DNA of 49,743 nucleotides, filler included, from Bipalium vagum (lineage: Eukaryota): assembly GCA_037834085.1 (NCBI GenBank). It is 2 parts of 2 records of this genome, joined end to end, with 100 filler letters (N's around TTAATTAATTAA, not from the genome) between each part and the next. Parts side by side here need not be neighbours in the genome. Positions count along the whole stretch, not along the records: positions 1 to 31,742 come from JBBMKC010246989.1; 1 more part is not named here. One strand, given 5' to 3'. A program made the position numbers and the translations under genes. The notes under the pieces were generated by a model that was not told the origin of the DNA, searched no databases, and saw only the letters and a list, made by a program, of their open reading frames with translations. Of the stretch, positions 12,005 to 23,312 are shown piece after piece; the stretch's first letter is position 1, and the number at the start of each line of letters is the position of its first letter.

Positions 12005-13046
12005 ACACGTGATACATATCCTAAATATCCGGACTATGTATGAAAGGTAACACTCAAGCAATCAATTTAAATAAGAATGAACAACTATAATATATAAATT
12101 TATTTTTAAATTGTGTTCGAGATACAATTCTTACACCGATGCATGAGTTCCAAAAATGCTCGTGGGTAGAAACGCCCCTGAAAGTAATTTCAGCACTGCT
12201 TCATATAAATTCTCAGTAGATTCGAATTGTCTGCTTCATTTTTTTTTTCAAAAGTCGGAAAAGCCAAAATTTACTTTGTGCAAGGTCTGGACAATATGGC
12301 GAACGTGGGACAACAATAAAAAACCAACATTAGTCATAGCAGTGGAGGAGAGAACACTTTTGTGGATTGGTGCTTTGTCTTGCAAAAGCAATTGTGGTAA
12401 GCCTCTAGGCTTTCGTCGTAGAAAGCGAGTTTCCATTCATGTTTGCTCGCAGGTATATATAGAGACTTAGAGGCGTTTCACAAGATTCTTGGGAAACTGT
12501 TCTCAAAATTTAGACAACAGTGCAGGCAATCTTCACAAATCTCGATAGATGGAAAAGATGGGATTAATAGAGATGAAAACTTTTGAATTTCGAGAGAGGA
12601 AAATGTTTCTTGCATTTTGCGCACGTCAGTGTTAAGCCTCCTGGTCAACTCCTTGATGTTAATCCTTCGTTCATTTTTGACCAGTTTCTTACGCCGTTTC
12701 TTTAATTTTTCTTCATTTCATTATAAATACTTTTTCTACCACGATGAAACTCGGAAATCTAACAATAAATAGTCGTTTTGAAGAATATTTATAGCCGTAC
12801 GTATCAAATAGTTAACTCTGAATATTGGCATTTGATTCTCCACAAAACGAGATATTTTATGAAACTTCTATATTCGATTGAATCCACCTTATTTTTTATT
12901 CACACACTTATTTATTACAAAAGAATTTGTAAATAAATGAAATTCCATTTTCATAACCTATATAAATTGTGTTTTCAAATAAAATCAATTCATAAATTTC
13001 CAATATTTTCATACCTAGTCTAGGTATTTAGGATACGCGCCACATA
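12005..13046 (-). mobile_element. Internally deleted mariner with both TIRs
   Basis: Imperfect ~40-bp TIRs: acacgtgatacatatcctaaatatccggactatgtatgaa and ttcatacctagtctaggtatttaggatacgcgccacat. Internal LLLQDKAPIHKS (HDNAP.H-like), frameshifted YSPDLA region, and ERRINIKEL N-terminal remnant. Confidence 0.85.
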
Positions 13047-13061
13047 TTAATATTAAAAATA

Positions 13062-13947
13062 CAGTCGTGGCCATAAAGTTAGCATATTTTTAAAAACTTA
13101 ATAAAATTAACAAAATCTTAAATATCACTAATTATATTTTAAAATTTTTTAACATAATCACAAGAATATTGAACACAGGCCTTTATTTAGTCATATGGCC
13201 TATAGCTGTGATAACTGACTTCAATCGCTGTGGAATACATATATGTTTAATTTTCTCTTGTAGATCAACCCAGGTTGACGGACCGAACTTCTATAATTTG
13301 AATTTACGAATGACCTAGCAATTTTTTATCGAATTTATATCGGGTGAGTTACCTAGCCATAGACTTATCACAGAAACTGGTTTGATGTCAGTCAGTTTGT
13401 TATCTGCCGAGAAAGATGACAAAGGACATCATCCTGATGAAAATATTAGCAATTTAGACTTTCCATGCATAGCAGAAGTTTATCATGCAATATTGTACTA
13501 TAAACATTACCATATATAGTGATATTTTGCGGGATGAACCACAGATCACAACATCCTCTGCTACTTATGTAACACAAAATCATATGTGAATGAGAGTGTT
13601 TGACGGTTTGCGTTGTAAAACGAGGATTATAACGTTGTCCAGGTGAACGTCGAACTCTAATCTTACCAAGCTGTTGAATAGATGTTTTCTGAGGTCCGTG
13701 TTGATATTTACGGTTAAAAATGAGTTGATCTTTGATGTTTTGGCTGTCAGTCTGGGCTTATTTCCATATATCAATAAAAGATAATGAAAGATTTATTTAC
13801 AGTTATGATTTATTGATAAATTTATTTCAATAGTCTACTTTCATTAATATTTAATTAATATATATTAAAACTTACAAGTAGAAAGTTTAAACAATAAACA
13901 AATTATAACAAAATTTTCAAAATATGTTTCTTTTATGGCCACGACTG
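13062..13947 (-). mobile_element. Non-autonomous Tc1-like element with perfect 16-bp terminal TIR core and TA target duplication
   Basis: TA-cagtcgtggccataaa...tttatggccacgactg-TA. Internal WLGNSPDINSIK and IPQRLKSVITAIGHMTK* Tc1 motifs. Confidence 0.9.
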
Positions 13948-13950
13948 TAT

Positions 13951-14290
13951 ATTAGGGATTCAATTTAATTATGAGTCCCTAACCAAAAATACTTAAAAAT
14001 AAATTTTATTATTAACAGACAAATATTAATTGATTAAATATTCTCCATCAATCTCGAATAATCTCTAACATATATCTACCAAATAATGAATTCCATCGGA
14101 ATAAAATTCATAATTTTTGATAAAAAATTGTCTTAAGACTTCATAACACAGCTCTCTTAATTATTTTTTTTTCATTTTTGATGCATGAGGTTTAGTATTA
14201 TCATGCTGGAGAACCCATTTTCTGATAACCAAATTAAATTTATGAGAAAAATTATTTGATTGTGCTTTTGAGTTGCAAAAACTGTCACGG
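13951..14290 (-). mobile_element. Mariner 3' fragment
   Basis: TIR-like ttagggattcaatttaattatgagtcc, WVLQHDNTKPHAS, and C-terminal EFYSDGIHYLVD....EIDGEYL. Confidence 0.7.
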
Positions 14291-16158
14291 TTTTGTTAAA
14301 ATCGCATTCCAAAACCTTTTATGAAAAAGGTATTTTGGATTTGTTGTCTCGTTCGCAAAAATGTGTGGAAGTTGGAGGAGGTTATATTGAAAAATAAATA
14401 TAAACTTGATACATATTTGTTATTGAAATTTTTAAAAAATCTGTTGTATATTTATAGTTCCGTTTAAATATTTAATGGGCGATTTGCAAAATTTTATTTA
14501 AATATTTTCAATATTTCCGATAGAATATTTCTAAGTACTTTTAAGCCTTACCATGTTTATGGGGTCCCGGTTAAAATAAAGCTTTTAATGCGACTCTCCT
14601 AAGAAGAAGTTTGTTCAGTCTTAGCTTAAGCAATCATTAAATTGATAAATGAAAATTAGTACTGAAAAATGGAATATTTTTTTAATTATGTTTTTTGAGA
14701 TGATTTAATTTAAAAAAGATTAAAAAAGAGAAGAAAGATATATATAGGAAATACAAACAAGACAGAAAACAATCATTATATTGGGTCCTCACGGATGATA
14801 AAAAAGAGAGCATTTTCTAAAATACAAAGATTCTGATTTTCCGTGACACTGAAAATAATGCTTAATTGATTTAATACTTATTTTTACTTTAATTGTTTAT
14901 TGTTATATTATTTATCTTCATTTCTGAAGTTCTCTGTCACTATCTGATTTTTAGAAAGTAACAAATGTTATTTTACAATTATTTACATATTGTGGTGTGC
15001 ACATTCTCACAATGATGCCATCTAATTTATTATTGTACTTCAATCATTAACTTTTGGACGGTAAAAGTATTTTCAGATTTTAAAACGAGCTGATTCGTGT
15101 TCGGGGTTTTCAATCAGAATGGGATTCAGGTTATGAATACTCGTGGGAATAAATGTAAAACGTTTATGGAAATCATAACAATATTTATCCATTACATTTC
15201 TCAATGGTCCTGTTTTTTTGCTCACGACTTCTCTTTGCCTTTCTGCATGTTCGTTGTGGTAAAATAAAGGATGTGATCTAAAATGATTCTATGGACAGTA
15301 GATTCAAATGCACGACGATTCTGCTGTATGATCTACTAAATGATCAAATGTAATGAAATACGAAAGAATAAAAGTCTAATTAAGGTGGAATATAAAGATC
15401 AAACGATATCAAGAGATCAATAAAACAAATTTGAATCGAACTATTCTTTGAGAAGGTGACCAGAACTCAGTAACATAAAAATTTTAAGTATAATTTAATA
15501 ATAATTCTTAAAAAGTTGTGTAATAATGAACAGAAACGTTAAGTTTTCAATGATTATTACGAAATAATAATGAACCATTATTTATTAAAGGGTTTAACTG
15601 TATTCACTGAAGTAATCTTTGTTCATTAAAACCATTTTCTCGAGTTATATTCGAAAAAATATGTCAAAACTTGAAAGTTTTTACTGAATTGTATTAACTC
15701 TTTGCTCTTAATTTTTAAAAGGACATTTTTGTTTAATATGATTTTTTTACTATTTCTTTTTTCATGAAATTTCACAAGAAATTCGAAAAGAAAAGAATAG
15801 TTATTTTTTTATTAGATATTATTTATTTTTTTTCAAATATTTTTTAAGATTAGAAAGGTGATGTAATAGTGAGGTTTTGAGTAAAAGTAAAAAAATAAAG
15901 ATAGAAAATGTAACCTTAGATAAGTTGTGGGGCATTTTTTGTTTCTTCAATATTTCAAATTTATCAATAATCAATAATAAACAAATTGATTAAAGTTAAA
16001 TAAAGTGTGAAAAATTTAAAATTTCAAAATGACTTTAAAAATATAATAAACTGGTGGAATGGTCATAAAAATTCATATATTTTCCTAAACAATAATCGAT
16101 TGCATGGGAATGAAATAAAAATAGTGCAAATTATTTTATTCCATTAAATTCGATTTGA

Positions 16159-16758
16159 TTATAAAAGATCTACAGCTTCACTGACATCCCAATTTCTCAT
16201 TGATAATGCGTGAATAGAGTCTTCTTTGCTGTATCCTTTTTTCATTAGCTCACTGATTTTTTCTTCAAACTCATCAAACTCATCTCGCCTTTTACCCCCA
16301 GCATAATGATAATTCCAAAACGCTGCTGTTTTCTCAAATAATTCCGAATGGTTTTTATATTGAGCAGCCACTTGCGCATCCTGGGGATCATTGGGCTCAG
16401 CTGAAACCAGAAGCGAACAAATGCCCTTCATTACATCCAATAATGTTAATTTCAATTCCCATTCACAGCCCAATATACTAAGACAAATATAACCCGTTTT
16501 TGAACTGACATTTGGATGCCAGACTTTGGTTTTGAAATATACCTTTGGAGGTTTTTGTGGATATTGATCGGGAATGTCTAATTCAACTTTGTACTCTCCA
16601 CCTTCATATGGTGATTGAGGCAATCCATAAAATGTTCCTTCTAGTTTTTTCACATTATCAAAAGATTCAGGTCGGACAGAAAAGCCAGGAATGGGTTTTT
16701 TTTCAAAAGCGTTTAATTCTTGCAAAATTCTTTTAATACTAACATTACTAACCTGCAT
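16159..16758 (-). CDS. UBE2K: Ubiquitin-conjugating enzyme E2 K-like (UBC + UBA), paralog 2, intronless, 199 aa
   Basis: The ATG at 16758 (MQVSNVSIKRIL) gives 600 bp, collinear without indels with 6001-6600. Contains WHPNVSSKTGYIC92LSIL, AEPNDPQDA and a UBA tail ALSMRNWDVSEAVDLL. The ORF-track start at 16782 is a non-ATG codon. Confidence 0.93.
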   Translation of the reverse strand: MQVSNVSIKRILQELNAFEKKPIPGFSVRPESFDNVKKLEGTFYGLPQSPYEGGEYKVELDIPDQYPQKPPKVYFKTKVWHPNVSSKTGYICLSILGCEWELKLTLLDVMKGICSLLVSAEPNDPQDAQVAAQYKNHSELFEKTAAFWNYHYAGGKRRDEFDEFEEKISELMKKGYSKEDSIHALSMRNWDVSEAVDLL

Positions 16759-17029
16759 TAAATGATTTTTTATTTTAATCAACTATCTTTAATATGCTTT
16801 TTTTAATTAATAAAACAAATTTTTCAGCCTAATTTAGCGGATTATATTATATTAATTTAAATTTTTAAGATGAGGTCACGAAATATAATAAATTTATAAC
16901 AAAGTTTAAATAATTAAAAAATTTCTAAACAAATTTATTACCCGGGCTTTTTTTTACTGAGCTTAACTTTCTTGTCAACTTCAAATCTTTTAGCTTTATA
17001 TAATTGCATTAAAGATTACATTGAAACAA

Positions 17030-17250
17030 TCCGTCTTCTCTCGGTTCTTCTTTAGCAAAGATAATTTTCATCATAATATTTTGGGTATTTTTAAGGTTTT
17101 ATTATCGACATCTGAACCGTAACAGTGAAAAGTATTCATCAACGGCTTCAAAACTTCTGATTTTTACTTTCTGAATGTACATTGTCCCCTTCAGTACAAA
17201 TTATCCCCGTGAAAATTTGTTCAAGTCTACACTAATTTTAAAAAATGTGT
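17030..17250 (-). mobile_element. Possible mariner N-terminal remnant
   Basis: QIF.GIICTEGDNVHSESK.R and YYDEN....RRRI resemble the mariner 'L...YGD..PS.ST.R..W' and 'T.ENI....DRRI' segments. Heavily decayed. Confidence 0.3.
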
Positions 17251-17919
17251 CACCAATAAGATCTACGTTGGAATGTTGAACGATGTTGGAATGGAGAGAA
17301 TAGGTATATGTTAGTTGATGTAATGGTCTCCGGTATCACTTTTATCACTATTTAAAACTAAAAATTTATTTAAAAGAAAATAAATCTTTTAAATTTAATG
17401 AAACATTTTAAGTCACGTTTTTCTTGACAATTTCAAAATCGTTTACCCAGTTAAAACTTAATAATTATAAATTTATAAAAATTAATATAAGATAATATAT
17501 ATTACAAATAGATTTATCTTTTCCTGAACTCAAATGAACTATGGCATGTATTTTACATTATGTCAGTTCCATTTTATTTTTGATAGAAACAAAGGGTACA
17601 TTTATTTCAACAATTTACATTAAATATCTAAGGCTATTGTATCATCCAATATATGATAATAAATGTGACTTTAAGATTTACAAATGGAATATCATAAATG
17701 CAACCAGGAAAAGACCTTAATCATAAAAACAGGAATTTTAAAGCAATTTTTGGTGAAATTGTTTTGTCATTTACACACACTACTGACATTTTAAAGCAAT
17801 AAAAGAAAACAGTTCAAGTTTAGTCATGAGAATAACCCAGCATCCGACATTAAATTTAAATTGTGCATTTTTTTAAACTGTTAATATTTCGAATCTGACT
17901 TCAAAAATTTAAATATATT

Positions 17920-18427
17920 AAGCGGACCGATAAAAGACAATTAAACAACAGTCAAATTTATTAAATAGTTAAACAAAAGAAAACACAAAGTCAATTTCTA
18001 CAAGTAGAATAAATGTTAATAACGATCGAATTGAGTTCTCTTCAAAATCGGTCACTTTGAATTCGAATAAATTGTCTTCAACTGTAATTCTTCATGCAAC
18101 TTTAATTCTTAGATTTCTCTTCAATTCAATTTTCACTATCACTTCAATTCTCAGCAAACCTCAATTTAATTCTCGCTTATTTTTCACTTATTATTTTGAT
18201 TAATTCTCAATTTCTTATGACTTTGGGGGCTCTATAACTCCATTAAATAAGAGTTTTCCGATTTTCTTTACCAATCACGGCATCCCAAACAGCCACTGCT
18301 GTTTCGTATTAATCAGGTATGTCCTCCTTCATCTCCCAGATCATACTGATCAATGCTGAAACCGAGAGTCTCAAACAACAACTCAGCTCAAATTCATTCA
18401 TCCAAGGTTAAATAAATAATTCTCACA
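17920..18427 (-). mobile_element. Probable Gypsy-type LTR remnant
   Basis: Minus strand starts TGTGAGaattatt, similar to the TGTGAGtatttaa LTR start after the PPT at 22772. It then has gATTGG, a TATA-like tatttaa, a purine-rich stretch and AATAAA. Confidence 0.35.
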
Positions 18428-18530
18428 ATTTTTTTTCATTTAAAAATGAAACGCCGGGAGTTTCAAATATTAAAAGCAGCTCGAACGTATTTGCTTGAGC
18501 TCAATAATTAATTTATATAATAAAATATAT

Positions 18531-19300
18531 ATTAGGTTTGTACATAAATTCCAGCATTTTTGTTATTGCAAAGCTTTTTGTGAAAACCAACTATTATTTT
18601 GTTAATATTACAAATAATAAATCAATCAGTAATATGGTCTCCGTTATTGTTCACGACTTGTTCCCACCTTTCGACCAATTTGTTGATACCATTTCTCTAG
18701 AAATCGCCAGTCCGGGTCTCAAAGAATTTGTTGAGCCAGTTTTTGAGATCCTCCCCGTTCTTGAATGTCACACACCTCATTTGATTGGACAATGAGCGGT
18801 AGAGATGAAAGTTAGTTGGCGCAAGGTCAGGAGAGTACGGCGGATGTTGAAGAATCTCCCATTTGAGCTCTTGGAGGGCTATTTTGACTATATTCGCTGT
18901 GTGTGGCCGTGCATTGTCATGAAGCAAAATGACATAACTGAGACGATCTGAACTTTTCAGTTGAATAGCTTCTTTCACTCTTTGCAACTGGGATACATAG
19001 AGTTCTTGTTAATAGTCTCATTTTTCTCAAGTACTTCCCAGTGCACTAAACCCTCCCAGTTCTACCATACATATATCATTGCTTTCTTGGGATGAAGTTC
19101 TTTTTTTACTCTTGGCTTAGGCGTGACTCCTTTAGCTATCCACTCCTTCCCCTGTCTCATATTGACGTAGAGACACCATTTCTCGTTTCCCGTGACGATT
19201 CTCTGCAGAAATCGTTTCGTATGGCCGCATGTCGCTTGTGCCGAGCAAGATGTGCTGCGATTTGGAGACAATTTTCTTTGTCTTGGTCGCTGAGTTTTTT
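18531..19300 (-). mobile_element. Mariner DD34D transposase, 5'-truncated, few lesions
   Basis: FLQRIVTGNEKWCLYVN...LHPKKAMI.VW*NWEGLVHWE...ILLHDNARPHTA...LQHPPYSPDLAPTNFHLYRSL. TIR tattaggtttgtacataaattcc at 18530. Confidence 0.92.
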
Positions 19301-20547
19301 ATTTAATATATAATAACGTTTTGATTATTGTTATTATTATTATGAGATGGTTAAAAATTAACAAATAATTGTTGATATTCTAATTACATCATAATTGAAG
19401 TTTAAATTTTCGAGCAGCTTGTCAGATTTTTAATTAGTAATTTATTAATTTAATTAAATAAATGTTAAAATAAAAGGAATTGAAATAAAAAGGATCTTGA
19501 AACGGATTTAAGTAGAATAAACCCTATGCGTCCCTACAGAGATGTGTTGAACACTGGATTTCAAAGAAATCAAGAGTCCAGGGATAGAAATACATAAAAC
19601 AGAGACAAGATACAGACCCTTAATTTTGAGTCCACAAGTAATATACTGATCGTGCAATAAACATGTCTACATAAGTCGGAATTTTCATGAAAGTGGTTGT
19701 TTTGATTCAATATAAATTTGTGTAAGCGAAACGAATACAACATTTGAAAGTAAGAAGTTATCAATTTTCGAGCGAAAGTTACTTGTTAAGGTATAATAGT
19801 AACAAAATAAATTTTATTGTTTCTTATAATTGTTATATAATAAAATATTTCGTAATTACTTTTATTTTTTTCCATTAAAATTATTTAATTAATAAAAATG
19901 TTTAAATGAAAAAAACAAAATCAACATAGAATCAATTTTTATTGAATTGTTTAAAAATTCCATTGTTTAGAATTTTTAAAATCCTTGAAGGGTAGTCATT
20001 TAAAACTTTTATTTTGACATAAACATTATTTATTTATTATACTCCGGTTCACCATTTCTCAAGATTTCTAGTTATTATTTTATGAAATAATTTTATTTTA
20101 CCTAAACTTGTATTTATTCTCAGAGCTGCGATCACTTATGAAGTATAATTTTATTTTCATTTAATTTTTTATATTTAGTTATTTTATTTATCAACCAATA
20201 TAATTATTTATAGAATTTTTTTGATTTTGTTAAACTATTGTCTATCTTTTATAATTGTAGAAAGGTATCCTTGGTATTGTTAATCATGTTTTTCTGTGTT
20301 ATTGGCGTGACAATCAAGTGACCAGAAATTCAAAAATATACTATTTTTAACTTGTTTGCAATTTTTTGCCGCCTACATTACAATTTTCTAATTTTTATGT
20401 ATTTATTTTACTTAATATTTATTATTACTCAAAATTAAATAAAGCTAATATTTTATATACCAATTTTATGATTTTAATTTTAATAAAATGTTAATATATT
20501 TTTTAGTAAGCGTTTTGGGCTATTTATTTTAAAATAAATTTATTTTT

Positions 20548-21263
20548 TGCAAGGAGGAAACGAAAGAAATCAGAGTATTTTAGAGATTTAATTCATAAAA
20601 GCACACTTATTTTTTTTCATATAAAAAATACAGTTTTCTCTAACCTACCAAAATTTTCATTAGTCGTGGACCAAAATACTATATAAGGAGAAGGACTTCT
20701 CCATAATTTCGCCCTCAACTAGAAACAGTTATTTTGGTTTAGAAGACCTTATTTGCCGAAGACTATCATGAAAACTATCGTTGAAGACATATTATCGTGA
20801 AGACTATCCAGATCTGAAACCCAAGTACTTTGTAAAAATGATATCTTGCCTGGGATTGTATTTGAGTTCACCCCCAGAGGGCTATTTCTGAGCAACTTAA
20901 AGGCTCAGCTAATAGTCCGGGAAGCTTAAGCGAAGATAACTCGTAAGCTTGTTCCATTATTTTTTTATTATTACATATTAATTTGATTATAATTTTTCTT
21001 ATTTGATTGTTCATTAATTTTAATCATCTAATTGTGTTTCGTGACTCGTTATTATTAACTTTTGTTTTTGATCGATTACCCCAAACAATTACAGATATTT
21101 CAGACCTTATTGTGATTCCTTTCTCTTAAGTTTGGCGATTTTTGTGTTATTATTATCACTGTGATTTCGTGTGAACTTTGTGTTATAAATACAAGTTATT
21201 GCTTTACTGATTGTTATTATTTTTGCACCACCTAAGAGTTGGAGTCAGGTTTAACTTTGATAC
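20548..21263 (+). mobile_element. Probable solo LTR with the same layout as 8912-9666
   Basis: TG...acTATATAAggag...gaagactatc repeats...GC-richer block...ctc|GTAAG donor...T-rich tract...CA. Non-coding. No TSD recognised. Confidence 0.4.
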
Positions 21264-22587
21264 ACTAAATAGTGAACAAAATTAAAAAATCTTGTGCATC
21301 TCATTCGAAATAGCTGCAGCATATTTCTTTTAAATGACTAAAAGTAATATTAATTTTTAGCTTTACTTTTGTATCTATATGATATATTATTAAAATTTAG
21401 CAAAAGTGGTCGCTATTAAGATCGCCGCTCTCCATAAAACGCTTCACGAATTAAAAATCGCTCTGTAAGTCTGGATTCTAAAAAAAATTGTAAGAATAAA
21501 AATAAAGAAATATTAAATTCCAATTAATAAAGTTTTAAAATATATTGAAATTGATGATTAAAAATCTCTTTTATTTAACACTATTTTCTACTAGAAATCT
21601 TTAACCAATTTAATTATGAAAGGAAAATTAAATTTAGATAAAGTATACCAAAAGAAACACATAATATTTAAATATTTAAATAAAATATAATCTAACTTTA
21701 CAAAGCATTACTATAATATTAAATGTCTATAATATAAAATGTATATATAAAGTAAATTATTATTTTTATAGATTTTTTATTTTATGTAAAAATATATATT
21801 TATATTTTCTTAGTTAATTTAAAATCAAATTAATTAGAAAATTGACTAGAATTAGTTTATTTTAGAATAGATATCACTAGAATCATAAAAATTCGAAGAA
21901 ATTATATAAAATGGTTCAGAAACTATTCCGCAAAAAGAAAAATTTTTGAAAAAATATTTTCAGTGTATTTTTTCTTTTGTTATGTCGGAACAGGATTATT
22001 CAATGAGTCCCATGGAGCTTTGGAATTCATAGGCGACCGTAGAAGACCTAGCGGACGATCTTGAGAGCCATTGCTCCCTCCCGTACGAGACTCTTTTTCT
22101 TTTATGGGTTGATTTCTGTTTTACTTCTTAGTGAGAAATAAGTAAATCTAGAGTTTACAGTTACACCTTTACATGCAAATATACATGTATAAACGTAACA
22201 ATACTACTTTATACCTTTCAAAAAAATCGAAAAAAAAGTTTTAGATTGAAGAATTTAAAAGACAAAAATGTAATGGTAAAAACAAAAAGTCAATCTTTAG
22301 GATTGAGTTATAATTTTTAAATATATAAAACAAATTTGAGGAGTATTCTACAAAATTAACAGAAGAAATATTACTATAAAATATATTAAAACATAACCCT
22401 ATATTTTTTCAATATTATTTTCATAAATTTTATAAAAGTGATAAAATTATTCTTCATGTGATATCTTTTATAAAATCTGATAATTAATTTTAAAAAATAA
22501 TTTTTTAATTTATATTTTTCTTTAAAAATTTAATAATTAATTGAATAATTAATTAACTAATTAATTAAATTGAATAATTATAATTAT

Positions 22588-22784
22588 TGTGAGTATTTAA
22601 AGTTCGTCCTGGCCCAAAAAGTACTTGTGAAGGCCGAAGGCAGAAATAAGGATAGAGAAAGATACGAAGGTCCATAAACGGTGCACAGACAAGAGATATG
22701 CATTGGAAGATAGAGAGGGAAAATAATTGAAAGGAATGTGGAAAAAATTATAAAATTCTTGAGAAGGGGGATGTGAGTATTTAA
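22588..22784 (+). mobile_element. Gypsy 3' end relic: integrase tail (GPY/F region), polypurine tract and LTR start
   Basis: RYEGP*...DKRYALEDREGK.IERNVEK, then gagaagggggA PPT and TGTGAG. Shares ggaatgtggaaaa with the Gypsy 3' end at ~32505-32520 (minus strand). Confidence 0.6.
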
Positions 22785-23312
22785 TCTGATTTTTAATTTT
22801 TTATATTGTGCAATATTTAAATTTTTAATTAATTTAATTTTAATATTTATTTTAAAATAAATATTTATTGAAATGAATTTTGATATTTAATGGCACAATA
22901 TATTAATTTATTAGGAATGGCAAATTTGTTTAAGTATCATTTTTTAAAATGCTTTCAAAAATATATTGTTCAAACTATGACTGATTTTGTTGATATCGCA
23001 GCTAACAATTATTAATAATAACTGACTAATAATTAATTTTCTAAAAAATTTACCTGCAAAAACAATTTAAATTTTTTAAAAAGTTCAAGGTACATATTTA
23101 TCAAATTCATTTGATTTTATTGATAAATAATAAAAATTACCATTATAATTTAAAAAATTACAATCTCAAATATTTATCAAAATGTTAAAATTTATTTACT
23201 GTCACCAAAAATATCAGTATTTTACATGAATGTATGAATATTTTAATGGTTAGATTTTTTGTTTTTAAAGAACTATATTAATAATATTTAAAAGATTATT
23301 ATTTATGATAGA

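Noticed and set aside
16759-16782. 8-aa N-terminal extension of E2 paralog 2 in the ORF track
   Set aside because: It starts at TTG. The ATG at 16758 gives exact collinearity with paralog 1.
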